A stretch of 64,000 nt of DNA from an uncultured Gemmatimonas sp. (GTDB lineage: Bacteria > Gemmatimonadota > Gemmatimonadetes > Gemmatimonadales > Gemmatimonadaceae). Below, in pieces: positions 8,123-17,453 of the stretch (position 1 is the first letter of the stretch; each line of letters opens with the position of its first letter). The notes below the pieces were generated by a model. That model did no database searches. It was not told where the DNA came from and worked only from the letters and a program-made list of their open reading frames with translations. The translations under genes and the position numbers were made by a program. Location of the stretch: assembly GCA_964416005.1 (NCBI GenBank), contig CAYQCP010000006.1:20082-84081 (forward strand), written 5' to 3'.

Positions 8123-9459
8123 TGATGAACCCAAAGCGGGCGGCGCGGTACGATACGAGCGTGCCGAAGCTCGACGTGGAGCTGCGCGATCGGCTCGTGG
8201 GAGCGATCGGCGAGTCGGGGGAGACCGACGTCTGGTTCAAGTACCGCCCTGAGATCGTCCAGGCCTCCACCGGCAAGAAGTTCGACCCGCTGGCGATCTC
8301 GGTGCAGCTCCCGGTGTCCGACGAGCCCTACGGACACGGGGCGACGCTGGCGTTCTTCGACAACCTGCTCCTGGAGTCGGACACCCGCGCCGAACTGGCG
8401 AGGCTCGAGCGCCGGGACACGAGCGATGTGGCGGGCCTGCTCGGACGCGTGGGGGCCGAGTGCGCCGGCGCGGTGTCGCTCTTCCCGGTTGGCGAGCCGC
8501 GCCAGACTCCATCGTACCGGCTACTGACGATCGATGAGGTGGACGCGCTGTTCGACGAGCGATTCGCGCACCGGCTGACCGACGCGATGATCGAGGGCCA
8601 ACAGGTCCTGAGCGGTGCCCAACGCAAGCTCGTGCTGCGCCGGACCCCGGATGGGTGGGCGTTGCCACGGCACGGCGCCCCGAGCACCCACCTCATCAAG
8701 CGATCCAGCGGTCGTTACGATGGGCTGGTGGCCAACGAGCTGGCGTGCCTCCGCCTGCTGGCGGCACTGGACCTGCCCGTGCCGGAGGTGTGGGCCGTGG
8801 GATCCCTGGGTCCGTGGCCGGACGGCACGCAGGAGCCGCGACTTCTCGCCATCGCCCGCTATGATCGCGTCGTGACCGGCGATCCGGCGATCCTCACCGC
8901 ACCGGTGACGCGCGTCCATCAGGAAGATCTCTGCCAGATCACCGGTCGCCGCCCGGTCAACAAGTACCAGGTGACGCAGGGGCCAACGCTCCGGGAACTC
9001 GCCGCCGTCATCCGCCGCGACAGTGCCGATGCCGTGGAGGACTTGGCGCGTGCGCTCACCCTGGCGGTGGCGAACGTCGCCCTTGGGAACGGCGATGCGC
9101 ACGGGAAGAACGTGGCCATGCTCGTGGAGGCGACCGGCCAGCGGCGGCTCGCGCCGTGCTATGACGTGGTGTCTACAGACATCTACGAGGCGTTTGCCCC
9201 GTGGCCGTTTGCGATGAAGTTCGGTCACGCGGATCGGGCGACGGCGTTGCAGCCGACCGACCTCAAACGCCTTGCGGCCGACTTCTCGGTGAGCGGCGCG
9301 CTGGTGCGTGAGACGGTGGCGACGGTGACCGATACCCTGGATACGCGGGTGGATGAGATCTGTGCGGCGGTGGAGGTGGAGGTCGGCGTGCCGACGCCCG
9401 CGCTCACGCGACTCCGCGCCTTGGTGCATGCGCGTTGCGCACGGCTACGCGCGCTGTAG
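8122..9459 (+). CDS. hipA: HipA-family serine/threonine kinase toxin
   Basis: Start at MMNPKRAARY (codon 52 of track ORF 7969..9459). N-terminal HipA coupling domains. Kinase motifs HQEDLCQITG, ALGNGDAHGKNVAML and LAPCYDVVST. Confidence 0.9.
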   Translation: MMNPKRAARYDTSVPKLDVELRDRLVGAIGESGETDVWFKYRPEIVQASTGKKFDPLAISVQLPVSDEPYGHGATLAFFDNLLLESDTRAELARLERRDTSDVAGLLGRVGAECAGAVSLFPVGEPRQTPSYRLLTIDEVDALFDERFAHRLTDAMIEGQQVLSGAQRKLVLRRTPDGWALPRHGAPSTHLIKRSSGRYDGLVANELACLRLLAALDLPVPEVWAVGSLGPWPDGTQEPRLLAIARYDRVVTGDPAILTAPVTRVHQEDLCQITGRRPVNKYQVTQGPTLRELAAVIRRDSADAVEDLARALTLAVANVALGNGDAHGKNVAMLVEATGQRRLAPCYDVVSTDIYEAFAPWPFAMKFGHADRATALQPTDLKRLAADFSVSGALVRETVATVTDTLDTRVDEICAAVEVEVGVPTPALTRLRALVHARCARLRAL

Positions 9460-9707
9460 GAGCGTTCGGGTGGGCTACACCGTGGGTGGGATGGCGCGAC
9501 GTGTCGTCGTTCTGTCTCAGGCAACGAAGTTCACCCAGCACCGTTTCCTTTCCGCAGAGCCAATACTTTCGATTCTCGCCTCGAATCGCGTGCCCAGTGA
9601 AGCCCGCGCCGTCCTCATTCGCTGACGAGCCCAGCTGGCGCACAGCTCCCACCTCCGGCTACGGGGTCCTCGCCGTCGCGTGGCCCCGGCTTCTTGAGGC
9701 GCAGGGC

Positions 9708-11636
9708 TCACACGCGCGCGCGCCTGGTCGCTGGAGCCGGGCCCCCCTCCGAGCTGCGCGTCCCTGGTGGCTCCGGAATCGGATACTCCCCCCGCATCCA
9801 CGATCTCACCACCGACACATCGACCGAGGAGAAGACCTCCGGCGGACAGTAGATCAGCTGGTGTGTGGCGCGACCGTGCCGCGAAAGTCGAGGCGCTCGG
9901 CACGGGATGATCAGCAGCCGGCGATCGGTGGCGGATCGCTGCATCAGTGGACCCCGCAACGTTGGGGTCTGCTTCCGGAAGTGCTCCACCAAGTCTCGCG
10001 CCGAGTGGAAGTGAGGAATCCACGTTGCGGGGAATCCCGCGGCAAGCACGGCATTGGCGAACGCGCGATCCTGTGCCTCCTGCCGTGACGACTGTGTAAC
10101 GGGCACACCCGCCCGTTCCATCTCCTGCGCGACCGTGGGCCAGTTGAGATAGCGGCGCCCGACAAGATCGTAAGCTACGATGGGTGTCCGCTGTCGAATC
10201 AACCGTTCAATCACGCGCGTTTGCGACGTGCTGAGTACCGGCTGCTGCTCGGCCGCCCGGGTATCCTCATACGCCCATCCCGCACGTCGCGCCGTCTGCT
10301 GTCGCGCATAGTCCGGGAACGCCTTCTCGAGACACGCCTCGTCCGGCGCCACGACCAGCGCACCGTCCGCGTCGACTCGGGCCGGTCCGAGGACACCCTG
10401 CATCACCCGGTGCCACAGGTCCCGCTCGTCAGCGCCCGTGCGATGAGCCAACACACTGATCGTTTCGCCTTGACCGCTGACGATCGCTGGCACCTCTTCG
10501 AAGTACCTGTGCAAGAGGGCCACCGAGTCGACCTCATCCGGCGTGAACTCGCGGGAACCGATGATCTTGAGTCGGCCCGCCGCCAACTCTCGGGCGATTG
10601 CCTTCCGTTCGCGACCACGTTGCCGCTGCGTGTACGCCCACAAGCGTTGCGGCTGCGTGGTCCAGACGGGTCCCGTGAGGATCAGCAGTTCCGTCGTAAC
10701 GCCGTGCGGGAACGTGATCTCCGCCAAGGCCAATTTCGGCGCGATGCGCCGGAGCGCGATCGTGGTCGTCAACAAGCGGACGAGTCGGCGCGTGGCACCA
10801 GGCACCGGGGCGGCGAGGACGAAGAGCTGCTCCACACGACCGGCCAAGGAACGTAGAGCGTTGAGCACGCGTCGCCGCAACACGGGATCGCCTGTCGACA
10901 GCTGCGCCTCACGCGCCTCCACGAGTGCCGCACGAAGGGCTTCGCGTTCGCTGAGATCATGTTCCATCGTCAGGAGAAGCGCCTCCCGCAGCCTGTCGCG
11001 CGTTTCGAGATTCGCGTGCACCATCAGTCGAATACGTTGCTCCACGTCGGCGAGTTTGTCCTGCAGTCCCGCCAGCTGGCGGATCTTCTCACGTTCGAGA
11101 CCCTCGACCAGGTGTCCGAGTTCTTCGAGGGGCACCGCGCGATAGGCCGTGGCGATGGCCGACAGGATCGGTCCTTCGACAACGGGAGCGAACCGCGCCG
11201 CATGCGGCTCCAGACTCTCAATGCAATGTGTGGACCGATACTCATACGTCGTTCCGGCACGGCGTCGCGCGCGCACCGTGATCCCGCAACGATGGTGCGA
11301 CGCGTCCAGCCAGCCACACCGCATGGCCGGCAGTTTCGGATCCAATGGCGCTCTCGCGCGACGCGCGCCGCGGCGCGTCCCCTGGCTCAGCAGACGCCGC
11401 ATGAGTTCGTATGACGAGGAAGGCGCAAATGACGGAAAGGCGTCCATCTTCCACACGAGCGCGCGCGGATCCGCCACGCCGTGCCGGTGCGGATCGCGAT
11501 CGCGACGACCCAATGGTGTCAGAACGTCAACGGACGTGCCCACGACGCCGCCGTCCCCAGCGCCCGTCTCAGGTTCCTCGTCCATCTTCGGATCGCCGAG
11601 ATCCTCCTCGCGCCCGTCAACTCGCACGATGCGCAT
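9708..11636 (-). CDS. Large serine recombinase, C-terminal portion (zinc-ribbon + coiled-coil + long tail) as a separate ORF
   Basis: MRCGWLDASHHRCGITVRARRRAGTTYEYRSTHC (recombinase zinc-beta-ribbon), then the coiled coil LEELGHLVEGLEREKIRQLAGLQDKLADVEQRIRLM. The ATG shares one nucleotide with the upstream TAA (TAATG at 11634-11638). Confidence 0.75.
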   Translation of the reverse strand: MRIVRVDGREEDLGDPKMDEEPETGAGDGGVVGTSVDVLTPLGRRDRDPHRHGVADPRALVWKMDAFPSFAPSSSYELMRRLLSQGTRRGARRARAPLDPKLPAMRCGWLDASHHRCGITVRARRRAGTTYEYRSTHCIESLEPHAARFAPVVEGPILSAIATAYRAVPLEELGHLVEGLEREKIRQLAGLQDKLADVEQRIRLMVHANLETRDRLREALLLTMEHDLSEREALRAALVEAREAQLSTGDPVLRRRVLNALRSLAGRVEQLFVLAAPVPGATRRLVRLLTTTIALRRIAPKLALAEITFPHGVTTELLILTGPVWTTQPQRLWAYTQRQRGRERKAIARELAAGRLKIIGSREFTPDEVDSVALLHRYFEEVPAIVSGQGETISVLAHRTGADERDLWHRVMQGVLGPARVDADGALVVAPDEACLEKAFPDYARQQTARRAGWAYEDTRAAEQQPVLSTSQTRVIERLIRQRTPIVAYDLVGRRYLNWPTVAQEMERAGVPVTQSSRQEAQDRAFANAVLAAGFPATWIPHFHSARDLVEHFRKQTPTLRGPLMQRSATDRRLLIIPCRAPRLSRHGRATHQLIYCPPEVFSSVDVSVVRSWMRGEYPIPEPPGTRSSEGGPAPATRRARV

Positions 11637-12769
11637 TACATCATCTCCCCAGCAAGCAGATCATCGACTCCCGGCAGAGCGGGCCTTCCCTGCTCCAGCG
11701 CGCGGTTGAGGTGCGCGCCCTTGTGCTGCTCGGCGCGATCGGCGCGTAGAGTCTCGTGCACCAGGCCTTCCGCATAGAAGGCGTAGATGCCGTACAGGGC
11801 GGGCAGCATGAACCAGCGACGAAGGGCCTGCCGGTTGACCTTCCGCCACTGCATCCGCTGACCTGGACGCCAGCGCGCTCCCGTTGTGCATGGCACAAGT
11901 CCTCTCCGTGCCTTCGGCCACCCCAGCTCGCCCGCTCGAATGCGCGCGACGACCGCTTGGACATCCTGAAGCTCCAGGAGCCACTTCATCCGCAACTCAA
12001 CGGTCGCACTCACCTCAGCGTCCGGAAACGGCAAGATCCGCAGGGTTCGCGCGTCGAGCACGCTGCCTTCGCGATGCCGGGACAAGTCCCGTACCCAGTC
12101 GCGGAGTCCGTGCTTCTCCAATGCATGGAGATACTCGCGATTATGAGGATCGGCCCAGACCAGTCCCGACGGAAGCGGAATGCGGGCAGCCAAATTCCGG
12201 GCGAGGCTGCGCCGGGACTTCATGCGCCACGACACGGCCACCCGCAGTTCCCGCCGGGCCTCCGCACTACCAGTCGTCAGTTCGTACTCATGATCGGGAT
12301 TGGCCGGATCCAACAGCCGAGTGCCCATCATGAAGATGACGCCGTGACGCTTGGCCAGGCGAAGGAGCTCTTCCATGTCGCCAACGTGCCGAGAGAGGCG
12401 ATGCGTGGCCGACGTCACGATCAGTCCGACCTTGTTGGCCTGGATCTGCTGTAGCAGATAGGTGAAGAGTCGACGTCCGGCGCTGGCGGAGGCTTGCTCG
12501 CCCAACGCTTCGAGCAGCGTCACCACTTCGTGAGAGACACCGAGCTCCAACACTTGGCCGACGCACTGCGATCGTTGCATCTCCGGACTACCCTTCGACT
12601 CGCGAGCTTGCGTCAGGCTGCTCTGGCGGATGACCACGAACGCGCCGCGCTCTGCCGCCGCCCTCAAGCGCACGCGATCATCCACGACCGTGGGCTGCGC
12701 CCAGTTCATCGATGCACGAGCGGCCTGGAACGGATTGACAGACTGCGACAGGTAGGGATCGAACGTCAT
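11636..12769 (-). CDS. Large serine recombinase, N-terminal portion (resolvase catalytic + recombinase domain)
   Basis: AFVVIRQSSLTQARESKGSPEMQRSQC (catalytic Ser region), GLIVTSATHRLSRHVGDMEELLRLAKRHGVIF (DRLSR-like), and RRELRVAVSWRMKSRRSLARNL. Confidence 0.85.
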   Translation of the reverse strand: MTFDPYLSQSVNPFQAARASMNWAQPTVVDDRVRLRAAAERGAFVVIRQSSLTQARESKGSPEMQRSQCVGQVLELGVSHEVVTLLEALGEQASASAGRRLFTYLLQQIQANKVGLIVTSATHRLSRHVGDMEELLRLAKRHGVIFMMGTRLLDPANPDHEYELTTGSAEARRELRVAVSWRMKSRRSLARNLAARIPLPSGLVWADPHNREYLHALEKHGLRDWVRDLSRHREGSVLDARTLRILPFPDAEVSATVELRMKWLLELQDVQAVVARIRAGELGWPKARRGLVPCTTGARWRPGQRMQWRKVNRQALRRWFMLPALYGIYAFYAEGLVHETLRADRAEQHKGAHLNRALEQGRPALPGVDDLLAGEMM

Positions 12770-12928
12770 TGACCGGTGCTCTCCTCCGGCTCAAGTGAAC
12801 TTGACTCGTCTCTGCTTGCGAACAGGGACAACGCACCCCGGAGCGCGGCGGACTGCGTGCGGACGAGAAGACAGTCTGCGAGAATCGCAATCATCGGAGC
12901 CGCTACGCCGTGCGGGACCGGGAGCGTG

Positions 12929-13300
12929 TCACGGGGACCGCCTAGGTACCGAAATGACCCCGGACGATGGGGATTGAGCGGTGGGTGTCGCAGACACAGA
13001 TGCATCGGACTCAGTCTCAAGAGCCGGTGGAGTCGTTTCTCCAGTCGTCTGCTTGACACCCTTGGCCTTTGCTTCGAGTTCGTCCTCCCAGCTCTTGAGC
13101 GATCTGCTGAGATCCCGAAACGCACTGAGGTTCCAGGGCGGCGTGATCATCACCTCCTCGGGTTTGATTGAACCACATACCCGGTACGTCCCGGCCTTGA
13201 ACTCGGCGCCGAATGCGCTGTGGTCCTTCGGAAAGAGCGTCACGCGGCGACTCCGGCGCCGCTGACCCTTCGAAGGTTGGGATGAGCCCTCTTCAGGCAT
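12929..13300 (-). CDS. Hypothetical protein (weak call)
   Basis: Internal ATG (MPEEGSSQ...) of track ORF 12929..13327. The segment EVMITPPWNLSAFRDLSRSLKSWEDELEAKAKG looks protein-like. No motif recognised. Confidence 0.35.
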   Translation of the reverse strand: MPEEGSSQPSKGQRRRSRRVTLFPKDHSAFGAEFKAGTYRVCGSIKPEEVMITPPWNLSAFRDLSRSLKSWEDELEAKAKGVKQTTGETTPPALETESDASVSATPTAQSPSSGVISVPRRSP

Positions 13301-14169
13301 TCGGAATCTCCGAAATAGTTGGTGCACCTAGAGACATGCTTCTTCAAACGCGTGTTTCTTGGTGAGTCGTCGACGTGACTCCGGTCGACGTGATGCGGAG
13401 TTCGTCGAGATCGCCGTTCCTGTTGATAGAGTAGCGTGCCGGAGTTGCGTTTGGTTAACCTCCTGTGCCCTCATCACTTACGCGTTGAGACGCTGCTCCG
13501 AGACTTGCCTCCGCGCGCAGAGCGGGCATGAAGCGACGCGGTGCGCGTCGATACGATTGCCGGCGGCCGTCGAGGCTCGGTTGTCGTTGCGGGACGGCCC
13601 CGACGCGACGATCCGCCGAAGCATCGCAGCAGCCTGCGATGCCTCGGCGGATTGTGGTCGCGACTCAGCGGCGGGCTGGAGTCACCGAGTTGTGTGCATG
13701 GGTGCGCGAACATTCTCTCGTCGTATCGAGGCGGACGAGCGTGCGTTTCTTGCTCTGGCGCGCGGCAGCAGACGGGCTCACGATACGAAGGACCGCTGGC
13801 GCGCATCCTTCCGTGCGCTCACTCTTCGCCCAGGAACAGACCGATATCCGTTAGCCCCAGTCAGGATGACCGTGCAACCGATCTTCGATCAGATAGCGGC
13901 CGCGATGTACGACCCAATCCTGTAGCACCTTAATGAACACCTAATATCATTGTTACATAGCGTGATAGCGCCACCCATCAGAAGGAGACAATCTTGGTTT
14001 CGGGAACTTGATAGAAAACGCCCCGCAAGAGTGCCGTTGCAGGCCTTAGCAGCTGCCGCAAGGTGGGCAGGTACAGCGCACGCCAATCGGAGTCGAGCAG
14101 ATCCAGGAGACTTCAGGTGCGACGCGACCGAGTACCAAGCGGTTTGGACTTACAAGGGCTCCAGAGGTA

Positions 14170-16041
14170 TTGAGAATGCGACTGGGAGAGTTCAGAGCGC
14201 GGGGTGCGGGTGTCGCCGGCATAGCCGGGGTCGCGGCGGTTCTTGTCGCCGTGGTCAGTTGTAAGGAGCGCACCTTCACTCAGCCGTCGGATTCCTTTGA
14301 GCGAGGGGTAGCCGTTGCGCGCACAGGCAGCGGAGCGGATGTTGCGCTCGCGTCCTGCTCGCCCGTCTGCGAACTCTGGAACTCGGCCATACCCCTAAGG
14401 CTGGCGGCCGCGCCGGCTGACAGCGCGGGTCTGCCCATCCCCGTTGCGTGGGTGACAGTCGCTCCCGGCGAAGCAAGTACGCTGACCTTGCATCTGACCT
14501 TGGCGGATGGCGTTGACGCGGGCCTGGAGCCTGAGAGTCTGATCGTTGCGGGGTCGACGTGGAACCGTCGGGTCGCGCTCCGGCGCGCGCCCGAGGTCAT
14601 GACGGTCCCCCTTCCGGCCGATTCAACGGAGATGCCTCTCGTCGTCAGTCTGGCGCGAAGGCTTCCGGCACCGCGGCCCGACGTGACGCGATTAGCCCTC
14701 GAAGCCTCCCTGGCTCGACCGGTACGCCGTTCGTTCGCGCCCTTCTTGGACGCCGTTGACGCCTCGACCGCGATCAGAGCGGGTCTCGTGGCAGCGGTAA
14801 GCCCCTCGTGTCTCGTTTTGCATCCGAGTCCGCCACCGTGCCTTGGCGTCGGAATCACGCTCGATCCGAACGAAGACGATGGCCCTTTTGGCGGCTTTCA
14901 GTGGGCGCCGGGGACGGGCATCATGCAGCCGGTCAGCGTGACGTTCAGCCGCCCGGTGGGCAGCGTGCTGGTGGTGGTTCTTGATCCGACGTACAGCGGG
15001 AATACGGTAACGGCCTTCGACTCTGCCGGTGGCGTGATCAGCACGCAGACTGTGCCATTTAGCGGCGTGCCGGGCGTGTTCACAATTCGAGCCGTCGAGT
15101 TCACTGGTCGCATCAAACGACTCCTTCTCGTACCTGCTCCATTGGAATACGTCGCGTATCGACTGCTCGTGACGCCGGACGCGGCGCCCTCGGCCGACGT
15201 GATCTCGCTGGTGCCGATCGGAGGAGATTCCCTGCCACCGTCGGGAACACGGGTCACGGCATTTGGGGAATCACGTCGCCAGATCGAGGTTCAGGTGCGG
15301 ACGACAGCGGGGGCGCCGGTTGGGGGGCGCACCGTCAACATCGCCGTCGTAATTGATTCCATATCCGGCGGACATACCCACGACCATCCTAACCCGCCAA
15401 CGGCGCGCGGCGCGCGACCGAAAGGCCATTTTGCCGGAGCCGGTCCGGTCGTCTCCCTCGTGACCGGCGCGGATGGGAATGCGCGGGCGACGTACGTCGC
15501 CTCCATCGTCGGTGGGACGGAACGCATCCGCGCCAATGCCCAGGGCGCTGATTCAACCGACCTTCGCTTGGTTCTCGCCGTGCCAGGAATCGTGCCCGTC
15601 CGACGCAGCGGGAGCAACTACCTGATCGTTCCGACTAGCAACCATTTCCCCGCGGACAGTTTCGCTCAAGCTGGCGTGATCGAGGCAACGGTGGATCTAT
15701 TCACGCGGTACATGGATCTCAACCGGCAGTTCGCCACTCAGTATCCCTTCATCGGCGACCGGGGAAGGTTCCTCTTGACTGCGCTCGGATTGCCGCGAGG
15801 CGGTCTGTACGACTACAAGGCGACCTGGGCGCCGCCGCATGTGAGTCATCGCGAGGGTCTCGATGTAGACTTCAATGACGTCGCCGATGGCGGCGCGGAA
15901 TCAGGGCCCACTGCGGAGCGGCGCATGAAGCGTCTGTGCGAGCAGGTCCGATACAACGGCCGCGCCCTGAGTTGCGTGCTCGAACTTCCAAGGCAACAGG
16001 GGCAGCATTTTCATATCGACTTCGAACGGAGTTTTCAATGA
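14170..16041 (+). CDS. Lipoprotein with Ig-like repeat region and C-terminal MepA-like (peptidase M74/LAS-fold) domain
   Basis: Lipobox AVLVAVVSC. Big-like segment QVRTTAGAPVGGRTVNIAVV...TGADGNARATYVASIVGGTERIRANAQG. C-terminal PPHVSHREGLDVDF and GQHFHIDFE match the H.SH..GLDVD / HFH zinc-ligand motifs of MepA-type murein endopeptidases. Confidence 0.8.
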   Translation: MRMRLGEFRARGAGVAGIAGVAAVLVAVVSCKERTFTQPSDSFERGVAVARTGSGADVALASCSPVCELWNSAIPLRLAAAPADSAGLPIPVAWVTVAPGEASTLTLHLTLADGVDAGLEPESLIVAGSTWNRRVALRRAPEVMTVPLPADSTEMPLVVSLARRLPAPRPDVTRLALEASLARPVRRSFAPFLDAVDASTAIRAGLVAAVSPSCLVLHPSPPPCLGVGITLDPNEDDGPFGGFQWAPGTGIMQPVSVTFSRPVGSVLVVVLDPTYSGNTVTAFDSAGGVISTQTVPFSGVPGVFTIRAVEFTGRIKRLLLVPAPLEYVAYRLLVTPDAAPSADVISLVPIGGDSLPPSGTRVTAFGESRRQIEVQVRTTAGAPVGGRTVNIAVVIDSISGGHTHDHPNPPTARGARPKGHFAGAGPVVSLVTGADGNARATYVASIVGGTERIRANAQGADSTDLRLVLAVPGIVPVRRSGSNYLIVPTSNHFPADSFAQAGVIEATVDLFTRYMDLNRQFATQYPFIGDRGRFLLTALGLPRGGLYDYKATWAPPHVSHREGLDVDFNDVADGGAESGPTAERRMKRLCEQVRYNGRALSCVLELPRQQGQHFHIDFERSFQ

Positions 16042-16973
16042 CGCTCGCCAAGCTCATCGGAGGTGCGACGGGGACGGTCCTTGTCGGGCTCTTGATGCCT
16101 GCGCTACTGGCTGCCCAGGTCGGATCTCAGCGTCGGGACCCTGTCGACGGCATCGTCTACGTGCGCGTGCTGCTCGACGATGGCTCGTTTGGCGAAGTGC
16201 GGGTCACGCCCGCGGATCGCGTCGATGCAGACGTCATCCCTGAGGTGACGAAGCTTGGCGGAGGTACGTGGAGGTACCGGTTTCTGGTGCGGGTACGCGC
16301 CGGCAGCACGCAGCGTCTGATGTTCTTCGAGGTGCCGTGTCCGGAAAACGCTGTCATCCACAACATCCAGGGTCTTGGGTTCAGCGCGCGCGAAGGCACC
16401 TGGAACGCGGTGGCGCGGCAGCAGCTCACGGGTGACCGATCGATCTGCGAGGCCACCGGACCGGAACTATCGCCCGGGGATTCGCTCGTGGTGACGTTTG
16501 AGAGTGCGAACCTGCCGGGCTTTGATGAGCTACACGCCATCGGCGATGCCCCCGATGCGGTGTGGCCTTGCGGCGAATGTGCGAGTGACCCCAGGAACAG
16601 GCCGGCGCGCGCGGTCATCGATTCACTCGACGGTACCCGTGGCGGCTGGGCCGTGGTCCAGAGTCTGAGCCCGCGGCGGCCGCCCAGTGCAGCGTCGACG
16701 CCGATCGAGACCCTGCATCTCCTGAACGGAGATCTCGCCTCCGCCTGTGGGCCGCTCGCTGCCATCGGACCGTCCGGCATCTGTCAGAGTCTCCAGGCTA
16801 AACTCAACGCGATAGACGCCTCCCTCACACGCGGACAGAAATCGGCGACGGCCGGTGCGTTGGACGCATTCGCGGCCGAACTCGACGCGCTTCGAGGAGA
16901 GCATATCACGGCGTCGGCGTACGCCGTGCTGTCGGTGCTGACCACGCATCTGCGCGACCAGCTGTCGCCGTAG
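16038..16973 (+). CDS. Secreted hypothetical protein, translationally coupled to the lipoprotein
   Basis: Internal ATG at 16038 overlaps the upstream stop (ATGA). Signal peptide MTLAKLIGGATGTVLVGLLMPALLAAQ. C-terminal helical LQAKLNAIDASLTRGQKSATAGALDAFAAELDAL (FIMAH-like pattern, by memory only). Confidence 0.65.
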   Translation: MTLAKLIGGATGTVLVGLLMPALLAAQVGSQRRDPVDGIVYVRVLLDDGSFGEVRVTPADRVDADVIPEVTKLGGGTWRYRFLVRVRAGSTQRLMFFEVPCPENAVIHNIQGLGFSAREGTWNAVARQQLTGDRSICEATGPELSPGDSLVVTFESANLPGFDELHAIGDAPDAVWPCGECASDPRNRPARAVIDSLDGTRGGWAVVQSLSPRRPPSAASTPIETLHLLNGDLASACGPLAAIGPSGICQSLQAKLNAIDASLTRGQKSATAGALDAFAAELDALRGEHITASAYAVLSVLTTHLRDQLSP

Positions 16974-17453
16974 CGTAGTGCTCGAGAGGCGATGGCGACA
17001 GGAAGGCCACTCGTTCGATACCTGGGCGGCTGTGCGCGACGGCAGCAGCCACGATGACGCAGCCGGCTTCGTGTGCCCCGGCGCACGTCGTCCAACAGGC
17101 GTCTCCGTCAGGTATCAACGGCGAGCTCGTCGTTCGGTAGCGATTCAAAGTCCTCCTGCCCAGCACCGACCTCGCCGTGCAGCGCGCCGAACGGACGGCG
17201 CTTCGTACTACAGTTTCAGGTCTGACAAGCGGGCGCGCGCGGCAGACGCCGCGACAAAGGGGGCTCCGCCCGGCACTACGCACGTCGACCTGAGCGTGCC
17301 AGCGATTCAGCACCTCTTGGCCCGCCTCGTCTTCCAGCAACGCCCGCCGGATTCCCAGCGCGTCATCGCGTGCTCCCGCTGGCAACGCCGCCACCAAGAA
17401 GCCGCCCGTCGGGCGCACTTCCGCCCGCACAGACATGACCCGCAACTGCAGTA

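Noticed and set aside
12766-13125. 119-aa minus-strand ORF upstream of the serine recombinase
   Set aside because: The N-terminal two thirds are Arg-rich junk that overlaps a more protein-like frame. Only the last 42 codons, from an internal ATG, look plausible, and these are mentioned under the recombinase finding.
13359-13925. 188-aa plus-strand ORF in the non-coding gap
   Set aside because: It is Arg/Ala/Ser-rich, mirrored by equally long antisense ORFs, and has no motif. It is treated as non-coding pending a homology search.
16975-17453. Possible decayed antitoxin gene downstream of DUF5131
   Set aside because: A stop-bounded 35-codon frame (17111-17215, stop at 17108-17110) reads KRRPFGALHGEVGAGQEDFESLPNDELAVDT, which looks like an antitoxin C-terminus. 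It has no start codon. The only ATG-led ORF (16906..17445) is in another frame and turns Arg-rich, and no toxin partner is visible. This is too weak to call.
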